DNA from: Carcharhinus longimanus
Taxonomy: Eukaryota
Reading direction: 5' to 3'
NCBI GenBank assembly: GCA_030264375.1
Contig: JASCQW010000160.1
Coordinates: 22,812,484-22,876,453, forward strand
DNA: 63,970 nt
Of the stretch, positions 24,600 to 36,319 are shown in pieces (the first letter of the stretch is position 1; every line of letters begins with the position of its first letter). The notes under the pieces were generated by a model. It worked only from the letters and a program-made list of their open reading frames with translations, searched no databases and was not told the DNA's origin. The position numbers were made by a program, and so were the translations under genes.

Positions 24600-25101
24600 A
24601 TTAAGGACATTTGGCATGTCCGCTACGATTCTCACCAACATTTACAATGCACCGTAGAAAGCATTCTTCCTAGTTGTACCATAGCTTGCTGTGGCTCTTG
24701 CTCTGTCCAATGCCGCAAGAAACTACAAAGGATTGTGAATGAAGCCCAGTCCATCACGCAAACCAGCCTCCCAACCATCAACTCTGTCTACACTTCCTAC
24801 TGCCTCAGAAGAGCAGCCAGCATAATCAAGGACCCTATGCACCCCAGACATACTCATTTCCACCTTCTTCCATTGGGAAGAAGATACAAAAGTCTGAGAC
24901 ATGTACCAAACGACTCAAGAACAGCTTCTTCTCCGTTGCCATCAGACTTTTGAATGGACGTACCTCACACTAAGTTGATCTTTCCTACAGCTTAGCTTTG
25001 ACTGTAATACTACATTCGGCATACTCTTCTTTTCTTCTCTGTGAACGGTATGCCTTGTCTATACTTTTCACTATAATAATACATGACTATAATAAATCAA
25101 A
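24600..25101 (+). mobile_element. Rex1/Babar-like LINE 3' portion
   Basis: TVESILPSCTIACCGSCSVQCRKKLQRIVNEAQSITQTSLPTINSVYTSYCLRRAASIIKDPMHPRHTHFHLLPLGRRYKSLR is typical of the Rex1/Babar C-terminus; tail aataaatcaaat. Confidence 0.85.
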
Positions 25102-26056
25102 TACTTAGAAGTAATGCTGGAGAATTTCACATTGTTAATGGAGCACTTGTAATAATATGCAGCAACGTGTATAACAAACAAAGGATAAAAATCTGCTTCG
25201 TAAAAAGAACAAATCTTCTCCAGTTCGATGGTCAGCTGTAAAACATAGGATATTTTGTGAGCAGGAACACAACCTATCACATGCTTCGTTATAGATTATG
25301 CTGAAAACCAATTTTCCTACACTACAGAACAACTTTTCATTGCAGTGAAGAAAGAGATGAATGTTCTATGGCATGGTATTTCTTCCAGTCACCTGAGCAG
25401 GTAGGTGTGGCCTTTTGCTGGCCAGTTATACAATCTGATCCATTGTTGGGCAGGACTCTGCTGACATGAATTCAATTAAGACTGTGCTATTAAGGTACAT
25501 AGGCCCTCCATATCCCTACAATCATGTTCCTGCTCTCCTCACTCCATATGCATTGAAGGCCTAATAATAGTTTCAAGTAGAAGATCTTCAGTCCATCTAG
25601 CCCACCTATCCACAATATTCATGTGGCGCATTTCACATAATCATGAATGTTATTTGTTGACAAGAATTTCATTCATTCCTTAAAACAAGGCACTGATCCC
25701 TTGTGAGCCACAGCTATAAATTACAAACTGACATCGTTAAGTCTCCTGCCTGGAAGCTGCTTGCAGAAGTGTAATCATTTTCTATGGCTATTGGAAGAAG
25801 AGTGTCAATGTAGCTCCTTACTCGTAGGTCTGCTTCCTGAAGTAATTTCTCGATAGCTTCCTTGATGAGATTGCAAAAGCTCGCTTGCTGAGATAACAGT
25901 GACTCTAGCCAATCTCAGTCTCTTCTTTTTCTACCTCTAAAGGGGATTCATGCTGCTGTGTGGACTGAAACAGCTTCCAATGTCGCCCTTAAGCTGCAGA
26001 CAGGATTTTGATTTTCTCCAATGCTGTAGTACTATTTTTAAAGCAGATGCCAATAA

Positions 26057-26394
26057 CATAGAAACACAGACTCCCTACAGTACAGAAGAGGCCAGTCAGC
26101 CCATCAAGTCTGCATCGACTCAGATAGCGCATCTTACCCAGGGTTTATCCCCATAGCCCCATGTATTTACCCCGCTAAGCTCCCTAACCTACACACCTTG
26201 GGACACAAAAGGGCAATTTAGCATGGCCAATCCATTACCCGACACATGGACTATGGGAGGAAAGAGAAGCATCCAGAGGAAACCCATGCAGACCCAAGGA
26301 GAACGTGCAAACTCCACACAGTCAACCAAGGCTGGAACTGAACCCAGGTCCCTGGAGCTGTCAGGCTTCAGTGCTAACCATTGTGCCACGTGCC
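26057..26394 (-). mobile_element. HE1-type V-SINE
   Basis: Head ggcacgtggcacaatggttagcactg, V-domain and tail on the minus strand. Confidence 0.85.
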
Positions 26395-26551
26395 TCCCTG
26401 ATGACAGTTCAAAGGCAAACGTGATTATAGCTCCACGTTTGCCACTAACCATAGGTAGCCATAGGTATTTATCAAGGCAAACAAAACAAAAACCTTTAGA
26501 AATATTCTGCAGTCTTTATAGAAAAAAAAACCTTCATTTTTAACCAGTTAA

Positions 26552-28212
26552 CCACAACAGACTTCAACTCTCTAAATTAAAAACTTGTCTTCAGTATTTG
26601 AACAATAACTTTCATGGACCTAGTTAGTAATTGTAAAAACTCTATTTTTTATGTGCAAGGAAAGTAATCTTAAAATATTTTATAATTAAGGAGTAGGAAA
26701 GAATTCAGATGAGAAAGGATTAAGACAAGTTATAATTTTAGGAAGTTTTGATATCTGTTCTTACAGGAAGCTTAACAATGAAAGATTCAACTGAAGACAA
26801 TCTCTGCAAACTTTAATATGCTTTTAGTTTCACAGATTGTGAACATGCACCTCCTAACCTTTATTTTTTGTACTATAAAGACTGCAGCATGTTTCTTTTT
26901 AATGGTGCTAAGATGGGCAGGACCCCATGTTTCTTGCCAGGTTGCTTTTTGAGGCACAATTCTCCACCATACGCTCTCCCCATTAATATAGAACTTTCAA
27001 CCCCGTGATACTTTTAATTCATGTAACAGTTAGAAATAGAATTCTTACAGAAGAATTTACTTGCATTTTTAAATCATACATTTTAAAAAGAAAAAACATT
27101 GAATTAGATCTTCATGGCCAGAATTTAGAAAATTAATCTTTTTGCCATATAGAAAGATTCACTAGCAACACCAATGGTAGCTGAAATATTCCAAATAAAC
27201 AGGAATACTAACCATGGAATCTTTCCTAAATAATTATATTTGTATGCAATTATTATCCTGGGAATGTGATTTTTCTTACTGAGGTGAAGACTATCTGGGT
27301 ATCTGTAAATTGCTTTCTTTTTATACATAATAAAACAGTAGTTTTCTAATGTCAGGAGCCATACACTGATTTAATAGTGAGCGAGGCTTGCACAGCAAAT
27401 ATTTAGCAGACAATTTTTCTTTAATTCAGAATTGAAGAGAACTACAGGTGATGGCCTTTACTCTTTACGGAGCTGTGTGAAAAGATTAAAATGTTGTTTC
27501 ACATTCTGCAATATCTTTCTCCCTGCCTTCTCAGCTTTAACACAGTTAGTTCTTGGCAAGTCATAATCAAAAGCACTATAAGATCCGGCAAAAATTAATA
27601 CTGGAAAACAAGTGAAGAATGGCTTTGCACCGGTTTAACAATTTAACGCCTGCCAGGTGTCCAGGGATCTATTATCAACATTGACTTAACCTCAGCAGGG
27701 AGCTAGCCACAAAATGACTTACTCCTTGCTGTGAACAGGGTGAAATAAAGAACCACTGCTGACCTATTTAGGTTCTAAAATGCTATGTTTTATACTACAG
27801 ACTCTGCTATATATAAAGGCACAAGAGAGGAAGATAAAGAGGAGCTAATGATTCTAAGACAGCTCCAAATATTTTGATTTAGCAAGTTATTCTTCCACAA
27901 TAGACTTCAATTCTCTAAATTAAAAACGTGTCTGCCATATCTGAATATAACTTTCATGGACCTGTTGATTATAAAATAGGATTACTTTACTTGCACATAA
28001 AATTGTACTTTTATGTACAAGTAACCCTGTTTTATAATTAATAAGTAGAAAAGGATTCAGTTGGGAAAGGATTAAGACAAGTTATAATTTTAGGAAGTTT
28101 TGTTATCTGTTATTACGGGAAGCCTAATGACGAAGGATTCAACTGAAGCCAATCTCTGCAAATTTTAATAAGCTTTTAGTTACAGAGATTGTGAACATGC
28201 ACCTCCTAACCT
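26552..28212 (+). repeat. About 310-bp direct duplication (26552-26860 / 27895-28212)
   Basis: Both copies run from ccacaa.agacttcaa.tctctaaattaaaaac to gattgtgaacatgcacctcctaacct and share the identical block gaaaggattaagacaagttataattttaggaagttttg. Confidence 0.9.
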
Positions 28213-28843
28213 AACTGGTTTTAATCTGTTCCTATCTATCATAACACAAATGAATCCCCAATTAACGTACGTCACCCCTAGACAACGAAGCACGATTAAT
28301 ATACACTAAAGACCTTTTCTGAGTATTAAAAGTGTTTCATTCACAACTGTGAAACATATAGCTACCAGTGAATTAAATCTTCTCTATTGTTCTTTACAAC
28401 TTTAAACTTAATGGTATATGGGATTTCATCATGCCCGAAGATGCACCCTTTGGGTCAAATTGGAGCACTGAACTTTAGTTGTGGAATTAATAACTGCAGT
28501 AAAATTGAGGCTGCCATGCCAGAGAACAAAGGTTCCACTCATGTAACTGTCTCTTATTCTTTCTTACATCCACTTCCTAATTAATTTATTTTAACAATTG
28601 ACCTTCCACAGTATATTTCTCAGCTGTTTAATGCACTGGTTAAACTATGAAACTGCAAAACACGCTCTCAAGTACACTATGCTGACAAAACATGGTTGAA
28701 AGTCCAAAGGAAATCAGCTATACTGCTATATTCATTGGAATATAAGTAGACCATTCAGTAAGATCATGGGTTGATCTCTACCTCAACTCCATTTACCCAT
28801 CTTTGTTCCATAGTCCTCAATACCCTTACCCATCAAAAATCTA

Positions 28844-29165
28844 GGTCTTATGATGCAGTGAGTAGCATCACTGCCTCTGAGCCAGAAGGTCTGAGTTCGA
28901 GTCCCACCCCAGGACTTGATGGCCAAGGAAGGTGCATTCATAATGCAGTCAAACAGGTTAACTGTCAACCTGCAAATCCTTCCAAATGTGCCAATGGCTG
29001 GCGGTAAGAGCAGGAAAGATTCTTTGTCATTTACACTTGGATGTGAAGTGGTGCCTCTCAACTTGTAAGCCCCTGGCGACAGACTAGTGACCTGTTCTGG
29101 GAATTAGTAGATATGGAAACAGACAAATGCCTGCCATAGTGCACTATCAGGTGTGGGAAGAAAAA
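28844..29165 (+). mobile_element. tRNA-derived SINE nested in an old minus-strand CR1 tail (about 28745-29470)
   Basis: A box tgatgcagtgagtagc and B box gagttcgagtccc; CR1 tail sequence on both sides. Confidence 0.65.
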
Positions 29166-30714
29166 TTAAGTGAAATCATAAATCTATCAACCTCAGTCTT
29201 ACAGAATTTAATGGACCCATCATGCACCACCTTGTAGAGGAGAGAATTTCTAACTTTTGTGCAAAAAGCCCTTTTAAATTTCACAGTCATATGACCCAAT
29301 TCTAATTTTATTATACCCATATTGCTCTGGATTCACCCAACAGGGGAAATTGTTTCTCTTCATCTCTTTAACCACTTCAAGTGGATCATCTCTCACCTTC
29401 CAATTCAATGGAATACAACTTCATGAAACCTATCCTTACAATTTAGCTCTTTAATCCCTGGTATTATTCTGATTAACAGTGTAGCTAGCTGAATAAGAAT
29501 TATCCTACTATAGATTGTACTATCATTGACCCCAAGGTCTGTGTTATAGACAGATAAGATCACGATTCTATTCCACTGTGTGTTTATCTGTCATACCTTG
29601 GCAAGCATAGAAAAACTATCTTTTTTTTCTAATTGTTACCATGTTGCTAATGTTCCTTTTGGCATTGGAATTTTTGACTTTACAATCTTATTAGGAAGTG
29701 ATTCAGTTGATCTTTCTGCAACACGGGTCAAAGGATCAAAGCTTCTACTGATTAAAAGCAGTCATTTTGCTTGCCAAAATATAATTAGAAATGAAAAAAG
29801 TTAAATAACAAGAAGACACAGAAAATATCCATCTAGCCTACATACAACAGAAAATAACCCATGGAAAACAGTAGATGTAACAGAATCAGGAGGGAGAAAC
29901 TCTTTGAAAACAAGGTACTACTACAAGTTCATTGGATATTAGAAGGATTGCATCCAAAAGTTGTTCTCAGATTACAAAAATGAGTAACTGTTAACCTGGA
30001 TCAATGAGCTCCTATCTGCTACATCCAGAAGTGGTCATCCTACACCATGACTCTCTAACAGTGGTTCCACTGTACCATTACACAGCTACTGCAGTTAGAC
30101 CAAATTAACTGAGGTAATAGGTCACTTCCATGTGTGCTTATGTTCCTTTTGGTTGCCACTACTTTTACGCTAGAGTCGACTGGAAACTTGTCAAAAGAAC
30201 AAAGAGAAGGACGAGACAGTTTGATAGCTTGGTTGCATACCTCACATTCCCATAGTCACAAATTTAAGCATCAGTTTTCTATATGCTTATTTTACACTCC
30301 TATAGTTACAGGTTTGAGCACCAACATCACCAGTCAAGCCAGGTTAAGTATTATAAATTGGATTTCACTGTTGGTCAACTGAACCCCAATGTTCATAGCT
30401 AGAGCACTGAAATGTTCATGTCTGACGAGCAAGAGGACTTGCTTTCTGTTTGTCACTCTCAGTTAATTAGGTTTAATCTCAATTTTGAAGGTGCATTACC
30501 AATAGACAGAGAAATGCACAACACTAATCAGTCCAATCAACCTCCATCTGAAACCTAATGTATTAAGATCAATGGCTTTAATAAACAGGAAAAACACAAC
30601 CAGTGAACCCGACTTTGAATAGTGCAATGGGGGGGGAAAAAACCTCATCAGGGCTGAAGTGAAGCATAACTCAGAATACAGTAGCAGTGTGCACAACATT
30701 GAAATAAAACCTGA

Positions 30715-31172
30715 TTTGATTTGATTAATTGCCANNNNNNNNNNNNNNNNNNNNNNNNNNNNNNNNNNNNNNNNNNNNNNNNNNNNNNNNNNNNNNNNNN
30801 NNNNNNNNNNNNNNNNNNNNNNNNNNNNNNNNNNNNNNNNNNNNNNNNNNNNNNNNNNNNNNNNNNNNNNNNNNNNNNNNNNNNNNNNNNNNNNNNNNNN
30901 NNNNNNNNNNNNNNNNNNNNNNNNNNNNNNNNNNNNNNNNNNNNNNNNNNNNCTGTTCTTGAGTTGGTTGGTATGTGACCTCAGATTTTTGTATCTTTTT
31001 CCAGGGAGCATGAGGTCCTTGATGAAGCTGGCTGCTTTTTCAAGGCAGCAGGAAGTGTAGACAAAGTCAATGGATGGGTGGCTGGTTTGCATGATGGACT
31101 GGACTACGTTCCCAACCCTTTGTAGTTTCTTGCACAGAGCAGGAGCTATACCAAGCTGTGATACATCCAGAA
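30715..31172 (-). mobile_element. Rex1/Babar-like LINE 3' portion (gap inside)
   Basis: QTSHPSIDFVYTSCCLEKAASFIKDLMLPGKRYKNLRSHTNQLKN; tail (atttg)n. Confidence 0.8.
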
Positions 31173-31758
31173 AGGATCCAAAACTGAATAAATTCTTCCA
31201 TTGTAACAGCAGTACTTTTAGTAAGTGTCGACATGCAAATTCAACTGGTTTTAACAGTAATGTTTATCCTCTCATTTGCATGAGTAGCTTTGTCACAGTT
31301 TAGAATGCAACAATAGCTCACAGGATCATTGTTGACATCCTTGAATAATAGCATACCAACAGTAGTAATAACTGGCAGCAACTTTATTATTCTTCATGGG
31401 TGTTACAGCCAGAATTCTAGAAGGGAAAAACATAAGTGAAGTAGATAAATTGTTCCTGTCTGTGAAAACATGGCTTCAGCTCATGATAAACTGCAGCAAT
31501 CTGATGTTCTTGCAAGGAAAAAGCTGAAATCTAGAAGAGCACAATAAATTAAGTACATCTCTGAATAAAAGATATTGGCTTGAAGAGATCTTAACTGTTC
31601 AAGAATCGTCTGAAAAACAACTGACAGGGATCCAGATAAAATTGTAGTTTTACTTAAGATGTTTCTTGGGAGAGAGGAAATAAATCTGTTGTCCAAAAAT
31701 GTCTTCTTACTCATCCTTTGGGGGCAATAACTAGATCATCCCCTCCTGAAATATGACA

Positions 31759-31942
31759 TATTGTGTATTTGGAGTACAGCACTCAGGAAACACTCAATAA
31801 ACAAATGTAACTTCATTGTGGTGTGCTTTCTCTCATACCTGCTGCCTCTCAGTTTCCTGCTCTACACTGCATTGCATCACTTTTCTGCGTACATCACTAC
31901 AGCGGGGTTCTATGGTGAGCCAAAATGGACAAACATATAACA
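31759..31942 (-). repeat. 3' LTR of Gypsy element
   Basis: tgtgtatttggag...caggaa...ataaa...ttgtggtg...tctc..atac.tgctgc...ctctaca...tacat..ctaca aligns with 34647-34823. Confidence 0.85.
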
Positions 31943-32701
31943 TTTTCTTCCCCCCTTAATTTGAACATCCCCAAAACAAGTTCAACATGAACAATGGTTA
32001 ATAGGTTAGTGACTACTATAAATTCAGCATCTTGGAGGTCATCACTCTCAAAATAATTGACAGCAAACCACACTGGTGTTTTCACCCTCACACTGATGTC
32101 AGCAGTGGCCAGTTTAATTGGTGTTGACTGGGAATTGGATACACCTGAACACAGTGAGGTGCTGACTTCCTCAACAGTGTCTGGTGGTGTAGGGGGAGGT
32201 CACAGATACATCCTGACTTGTTAAAGCTGAACCTGATTTCTCAACAGGCTCAAGTTTTAGAGGATGCTTTTCTAGCCAGTAACTGATCTGCATGTCTCCT
32301 CGAGATAAGATCATTTGAGGTCTGGACAGTGTAAGAGACAGCCCAGTTTGTGCAAGGACTGTGGCAGGAACCCATTTCTCCCCTATGGAGTAACTCTGAA
32401 CCAATACTCCTTGTCCCTGATTGAAAACTCAGTGCTTTGCCTTACTTTCACACCGTTCCATTTGTTCTTGTTCCTCTTGTCACATGATCTCCTTGCTTTT
32501 TAGAGGTTTCAGAAGATCGAATGCAGAATGCATTATGAGCAATGCAGCAGAGGTCTTGGTCATGACAGGTGTGATGTTCGGATGGACTAGTAAGAATGTG
32601 ANNNNNNNNNNNNNNNNNNNNNNNNNNNNNNNNNNNNNNNNNNNNNNNNNNNNNNNNNNNNNNNNNNNNNNNNNNNNNNNNNNNNNNNNNNNNNNNNNNN
32701 N

Positions 32702-32866
32702 CAGATCAGCCATGATCTTATTGAATGGCGGGGCAGGCTCGAGGGGCCAGATGGCCTACTCCTGCTCCTATTTCTTATATTTATTTATTAGTGTCACAAG
32801 TGCTTACTTTAACACTGCAATAAAGTTGCTGTGAAAATCCCCTAGTTGCCACACTCCGGTGCCTGA
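32702..32866. mobile_element. CR1 tail (+) abutting a V-SINE-variant tail (-), inserted in the Gypsy element
   Basis: gatcagccatgatcttattgaatggcggggcaggctcgagggg...ctcctgctcctatttcttat, then the reverse complement of the tail seen at 40055-40140. Confidence 0.75.
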
Positions 32867-34646
32867 ATTACATGAATGCAATATGTGTGTGCCATTTTCT
32901 TGGAGGAGCTTTCCTCAATGCGAGATAATGGGTACTGTTCAGCACATAACACTGTATTTGTGGTCATCTTAAAGCCCCCACAAATCCCCACATACCCATC
33001 TTTCTTGATGACTGGAACAATATGAGTGAGCCATTCACTAATGCTGACAGGTTCCAAAAAGCCTACCTTCACAAGTCGCTCCAAGTCAGTCTCTACCTTT
33101 GGCCGATTACACCTGGTATAAGCCATTTTGCTTGGCTTCCGTCTTTTATTTTCAGTGTTACTGTAGTATCCTTCAAGCTCTCTAATTCTGCTTTGAAAAA
33201 AGGTGTGCATTTAAAACATTTAATGAGGTCTGATTCCATTGGCCATCATATGGACTTTAGCCGAATTCAGTCGAATTTTCTCCAACCGTGCATGACCCAT
33301 CAATGCTGGGTAGTTTCCCCTCACTGCGTGCAGAGGCAACTCTGCCATTTGTCCTTTGAATTGTACAGCCACTTCAATGCAGCCCTTCGGAAGAACCACC
33401 TTTCCTGTGTACATCTTCAGCATTATCCTTGATTGCTTTAAGGGAATATGTTTGAGTGATTCATTGTAGACGGTGTCTGGCACAAATGAGACTGCTGCCT
33501 CAGTGACAACTTCCATCTTTATTGGCTGTCCTTCCAGCATTGGAGTGACCCAGTATCTGCATACAGTATCAACAATGGTTAGCAAATATAGTGATAGCTC
33601 CTCTGTGTCACTTCTCTCTTCTCAACCCTGTTATACAGTATGGACCTTTCTTCTTTTGTTCCAATGTTGTTTTGATTTGTTCTGGGTTTTTATTTTTATT
33701 TATAGTTTGCTTTTTGTCCTTGCAGAAGTGCACTGTGTGCACTTTGTTTCCATAGCTTCGACATTCCATGTCTTTACACCAGCATTCAGTAACAGGATGC
33801 TCTGGCTTTGCATACCAGTAACATGTACGAGCTCTGGCAGCTTTGGATTGATATTTTGTGCACCTGAGTGGATGAACACAATTTCCTTTACAGCCAGTTC
33901 CATAGAAACAGTGATTTCAATTATTTTCAATGGCAACGAGTGAGATTACTCAGTTAACAGATGTTTCTCTGTTGTTTTGTTGCATTGATCATAAACAAGT
34001 CAGTCACGAATGGTCTCATTATGCACGTTTCCAAATTCACCACATTCTGCAAGTCTCTTCAGCACTGCAACAAACTGTATGATTGGCTCCCCTTCCTTTT
34101 GGTTTCTTTGATGTAATCTAAAGTGCTCTGTAAACAACAGGGGCTTAGTTGAAAAACGTGCTTGCAAAATTTCCATAATTTGCTTGTACATTTAGTGGAG
34201 AAGATTAAAAGTTTTACCACCCATCACGCTCAGGAAAGTGGGCACCATAATATCTTCATCTATTTTGTTCACCAGCGCAGAATAGTCAAAACGCCCAGTC
34301 TAAGCCCTCCACTATTCCACAGTCTCATCAAAAGCTCCAATGATGCCAAAAACTCCTGCCATTTTCACTCATGCAGGTTTCTCATATGCTTATTTTGCAA
34401 CCACATTTCCAGAAGCTACATCAGTTTTCTTATTTACACAAGGCATTCATTTGAGCTTCAGTCTGTCAACCAGCTCTGGAATCTGTTTTCAGAGTATCTT
34501 TTACACACTAGTCAACTGATTTTCCCCGTGGACAGAAAAGCAGCGTACACATGAGAGAAGTTTCTCATTTTCAGACTTTTCATTGCTTAAACTTCTTCTT
34601 GCTAGTTGTTTACCAAGTGCACGTCCACTATCCTCATCACTGATTT

Positions 34647-34823
34647 TGCTGTGTATTTGGAGAATGACACGCAGGAACACATGATAAATGAAAGAACTTT
34701 ATTGTGGTGCTTCTCTGATACGTGCTGCTTCGGTTTCCCACTCTACATCGCACTGCATCGCTTCCTTGTGTACATTCCTACAGTAGGGCTCTTTGGTAAG
34801 CCAAAAGGGACAAATATATGACA
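34647..34823 (-). repeat. 5' LTR of Gypsy element
   Basis: TG...CA ends; aligns with 31759-31942; followed on the minus strand by a PBS-like motif. Confidence 0.85.
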
Positions 34824-35098
34824 CTACACATCTCACGTTACATGACATAATACAGGGATACTGCTGGAATGCTTAAGAAACCCAATCGAAGTGGAAAAAT
34901 TTTATTATAATATAGAATGTTTAAGTAATCCAATAAAGCACCTCTAAATACTTTCACCGGCAGACAATGAGAAAAACATTACATGCTTCAATCAAATTTT
35001 CACATACAACAAAATACCTCAGATATATTCGATAGTTTAAAATGTGCATCTACTTCTACGTTGTGGAAATTTCAAGCCTGACAAAGTAGCAGTCCACT

Positions 35099-35262
35099 TA
35101 GAATCCTACAGTGTAGAAGGAGGCTTTTCAATGCATCAAGTCTGCACCAACCACAATCCCATCCAGGCCCTCTCTCCATAACACCAATGCATTTACCCTA
35201 GCTAGTCCCCCTGACACTGAGGGGCAATTTAGCACGGCCAATCCACCTAACCCACACATCTT
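35099..35262 (-). mobile_element. HE1-type SINE 3' half
   Basis: tagaatcctacagtgtagaaggagg...ggggcaatttagcacggccaatccacctaacccacacatc. Confidence 0.8.
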
Positions 35263-36310
35263 GAGCAGATGCACACAAAATTACACTGAAGCTCAGTGAC
35301 TGATTGGGCATGATTTTGGTTTTGGGCTGGGAAAAGGTGCACTTTGAACAGCTTCCTGTCTATTCTGCAGATTATCTCCACACCTGTGAGTAATTTGCTG
35401 GAGGTGCGATGCAGCATAGCAGAGGAAAAGAAAAAGAAAGTTGATTCAATGACACAACCTTGTTTGACCCCAGTCCATACCGAGATAGGGTCTGTGGTGG
35501 TTCAAATGGTGAGGATCACGGTTTGCATCTCATCATGGAGTTGGCAGAGCATAATGATGAACAACTTTTGAGGGAAGCCAAGCTTGCAAAAGATATGCTG
35601 TAGGGCTTTCCTGAGATCAAAAAAGGCCACGTACATTGGTAGATGCTGTTACTCACATTTTCTTGAAGTCGCTGCTCAATGAAGATCATGTCTGTGCTGC
35701 CTCTCAATGGATCAAAACCACATTGGACGGAGCTCTTCAATCACTGGGAGAAGGTAATTGAAGAGGATCCTTGCAACGATCTTGCCTGTGACAGACAGCA
35801 GGAAGATTTCTTTGTAGTTATAACAACTGGAGACCTTTCTGGAATATGGTCGCAATTATAGCATTCCTGAGATTAGCATTACATTATGAGATGTGGGAAA
35901 TGAGTTGTGCTGTCGTACCAGAACTGTATCTCTGTTTTGTTTCAGAATTTCCGCAGGAATTTCATTTGTTCCAGCACGATTTGCCTTGTTATCATTCTGC
36001 TGCTGAATGGCTTTTTCAACTTCACACAGGCCCAGGGTAGACTCTGTGGCAGCGCTCAGACTGAGCTGGGTGGGGTACTGAGGAATGTTATTTTGGATGT
36101 TCAAGCTGAAGACAGGGTCTCAATTTTCAAAATGTTCTCCCCAATGATCATTGAATGTCTCCCTGTCTCAGTGAGCTTTCCTCCATGTTTTGCTCCCAGC
36201 AGGATGAGTCTTTGAGTACTTGGGCCATAGATCATCTTGATAGCACCAAGGAAACTATGCATGTCACTGGTGTTTGTAAAATGTTGGCTCATCCACACTC
36301 TTTCTATCCC
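35263..36310 (-). mobile_element. RTE-clade LINE, inverted 5' segment (RT N-terminal half)
   Basis: Minus strand: IKMIYGPSTQ, EVEKAIQQQNDNKA...EIPAEILK, QCGFDPLRGSTDMIF...LQE, GVKQGCVI, ending at VTELQ just before the expected YADD. Confidence 0.85.
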
Positions 36311-36319
36311 CCATTTGTT

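Larger units (their letters stand above)
31759..34823 (-). mobile_element. Decayed, internally deleted Ty3/Gypsy (Mag-like) LTR retrotransposon
   Basis: Paired LTRs of about 180 bp (34647-34823 and 31759-31942). PBS-like cagtgatgaggat after the 5' LTR and PPT aagggggaagaaaa before the 3' LTR. Minus-strand remnants in order: gag (EHFRLHQRNQKEGEPIIQFVAVLKRLAECGEFG), zinc-knuckle remnants, protease (IKMEVVTEAAVS), RT N-terminus (LERLVKVGFLEPVSISEWLTHIVPVIKKDG...YPLSRIEE), integrase C-terminus (GEKWVPATVLAQTG). Confidence 0.9.

Noticed and set aside
25822-25887. Minus-strand 66-nt exon-like segment (QASFCNLIKEAIEKLLQEADLR) between ctcag and gtaagg
   Set aside because: Weak polypyrimidine tract, no recognisable homology and no supporting neighbouring exons; cannot be supported without RNA-seq.
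31750-34830. Target-site duplication for the Gypsy element
   Set aside because: Flanks (tgaca / ctaca) match at only 3 of 5 positions; not supportable.
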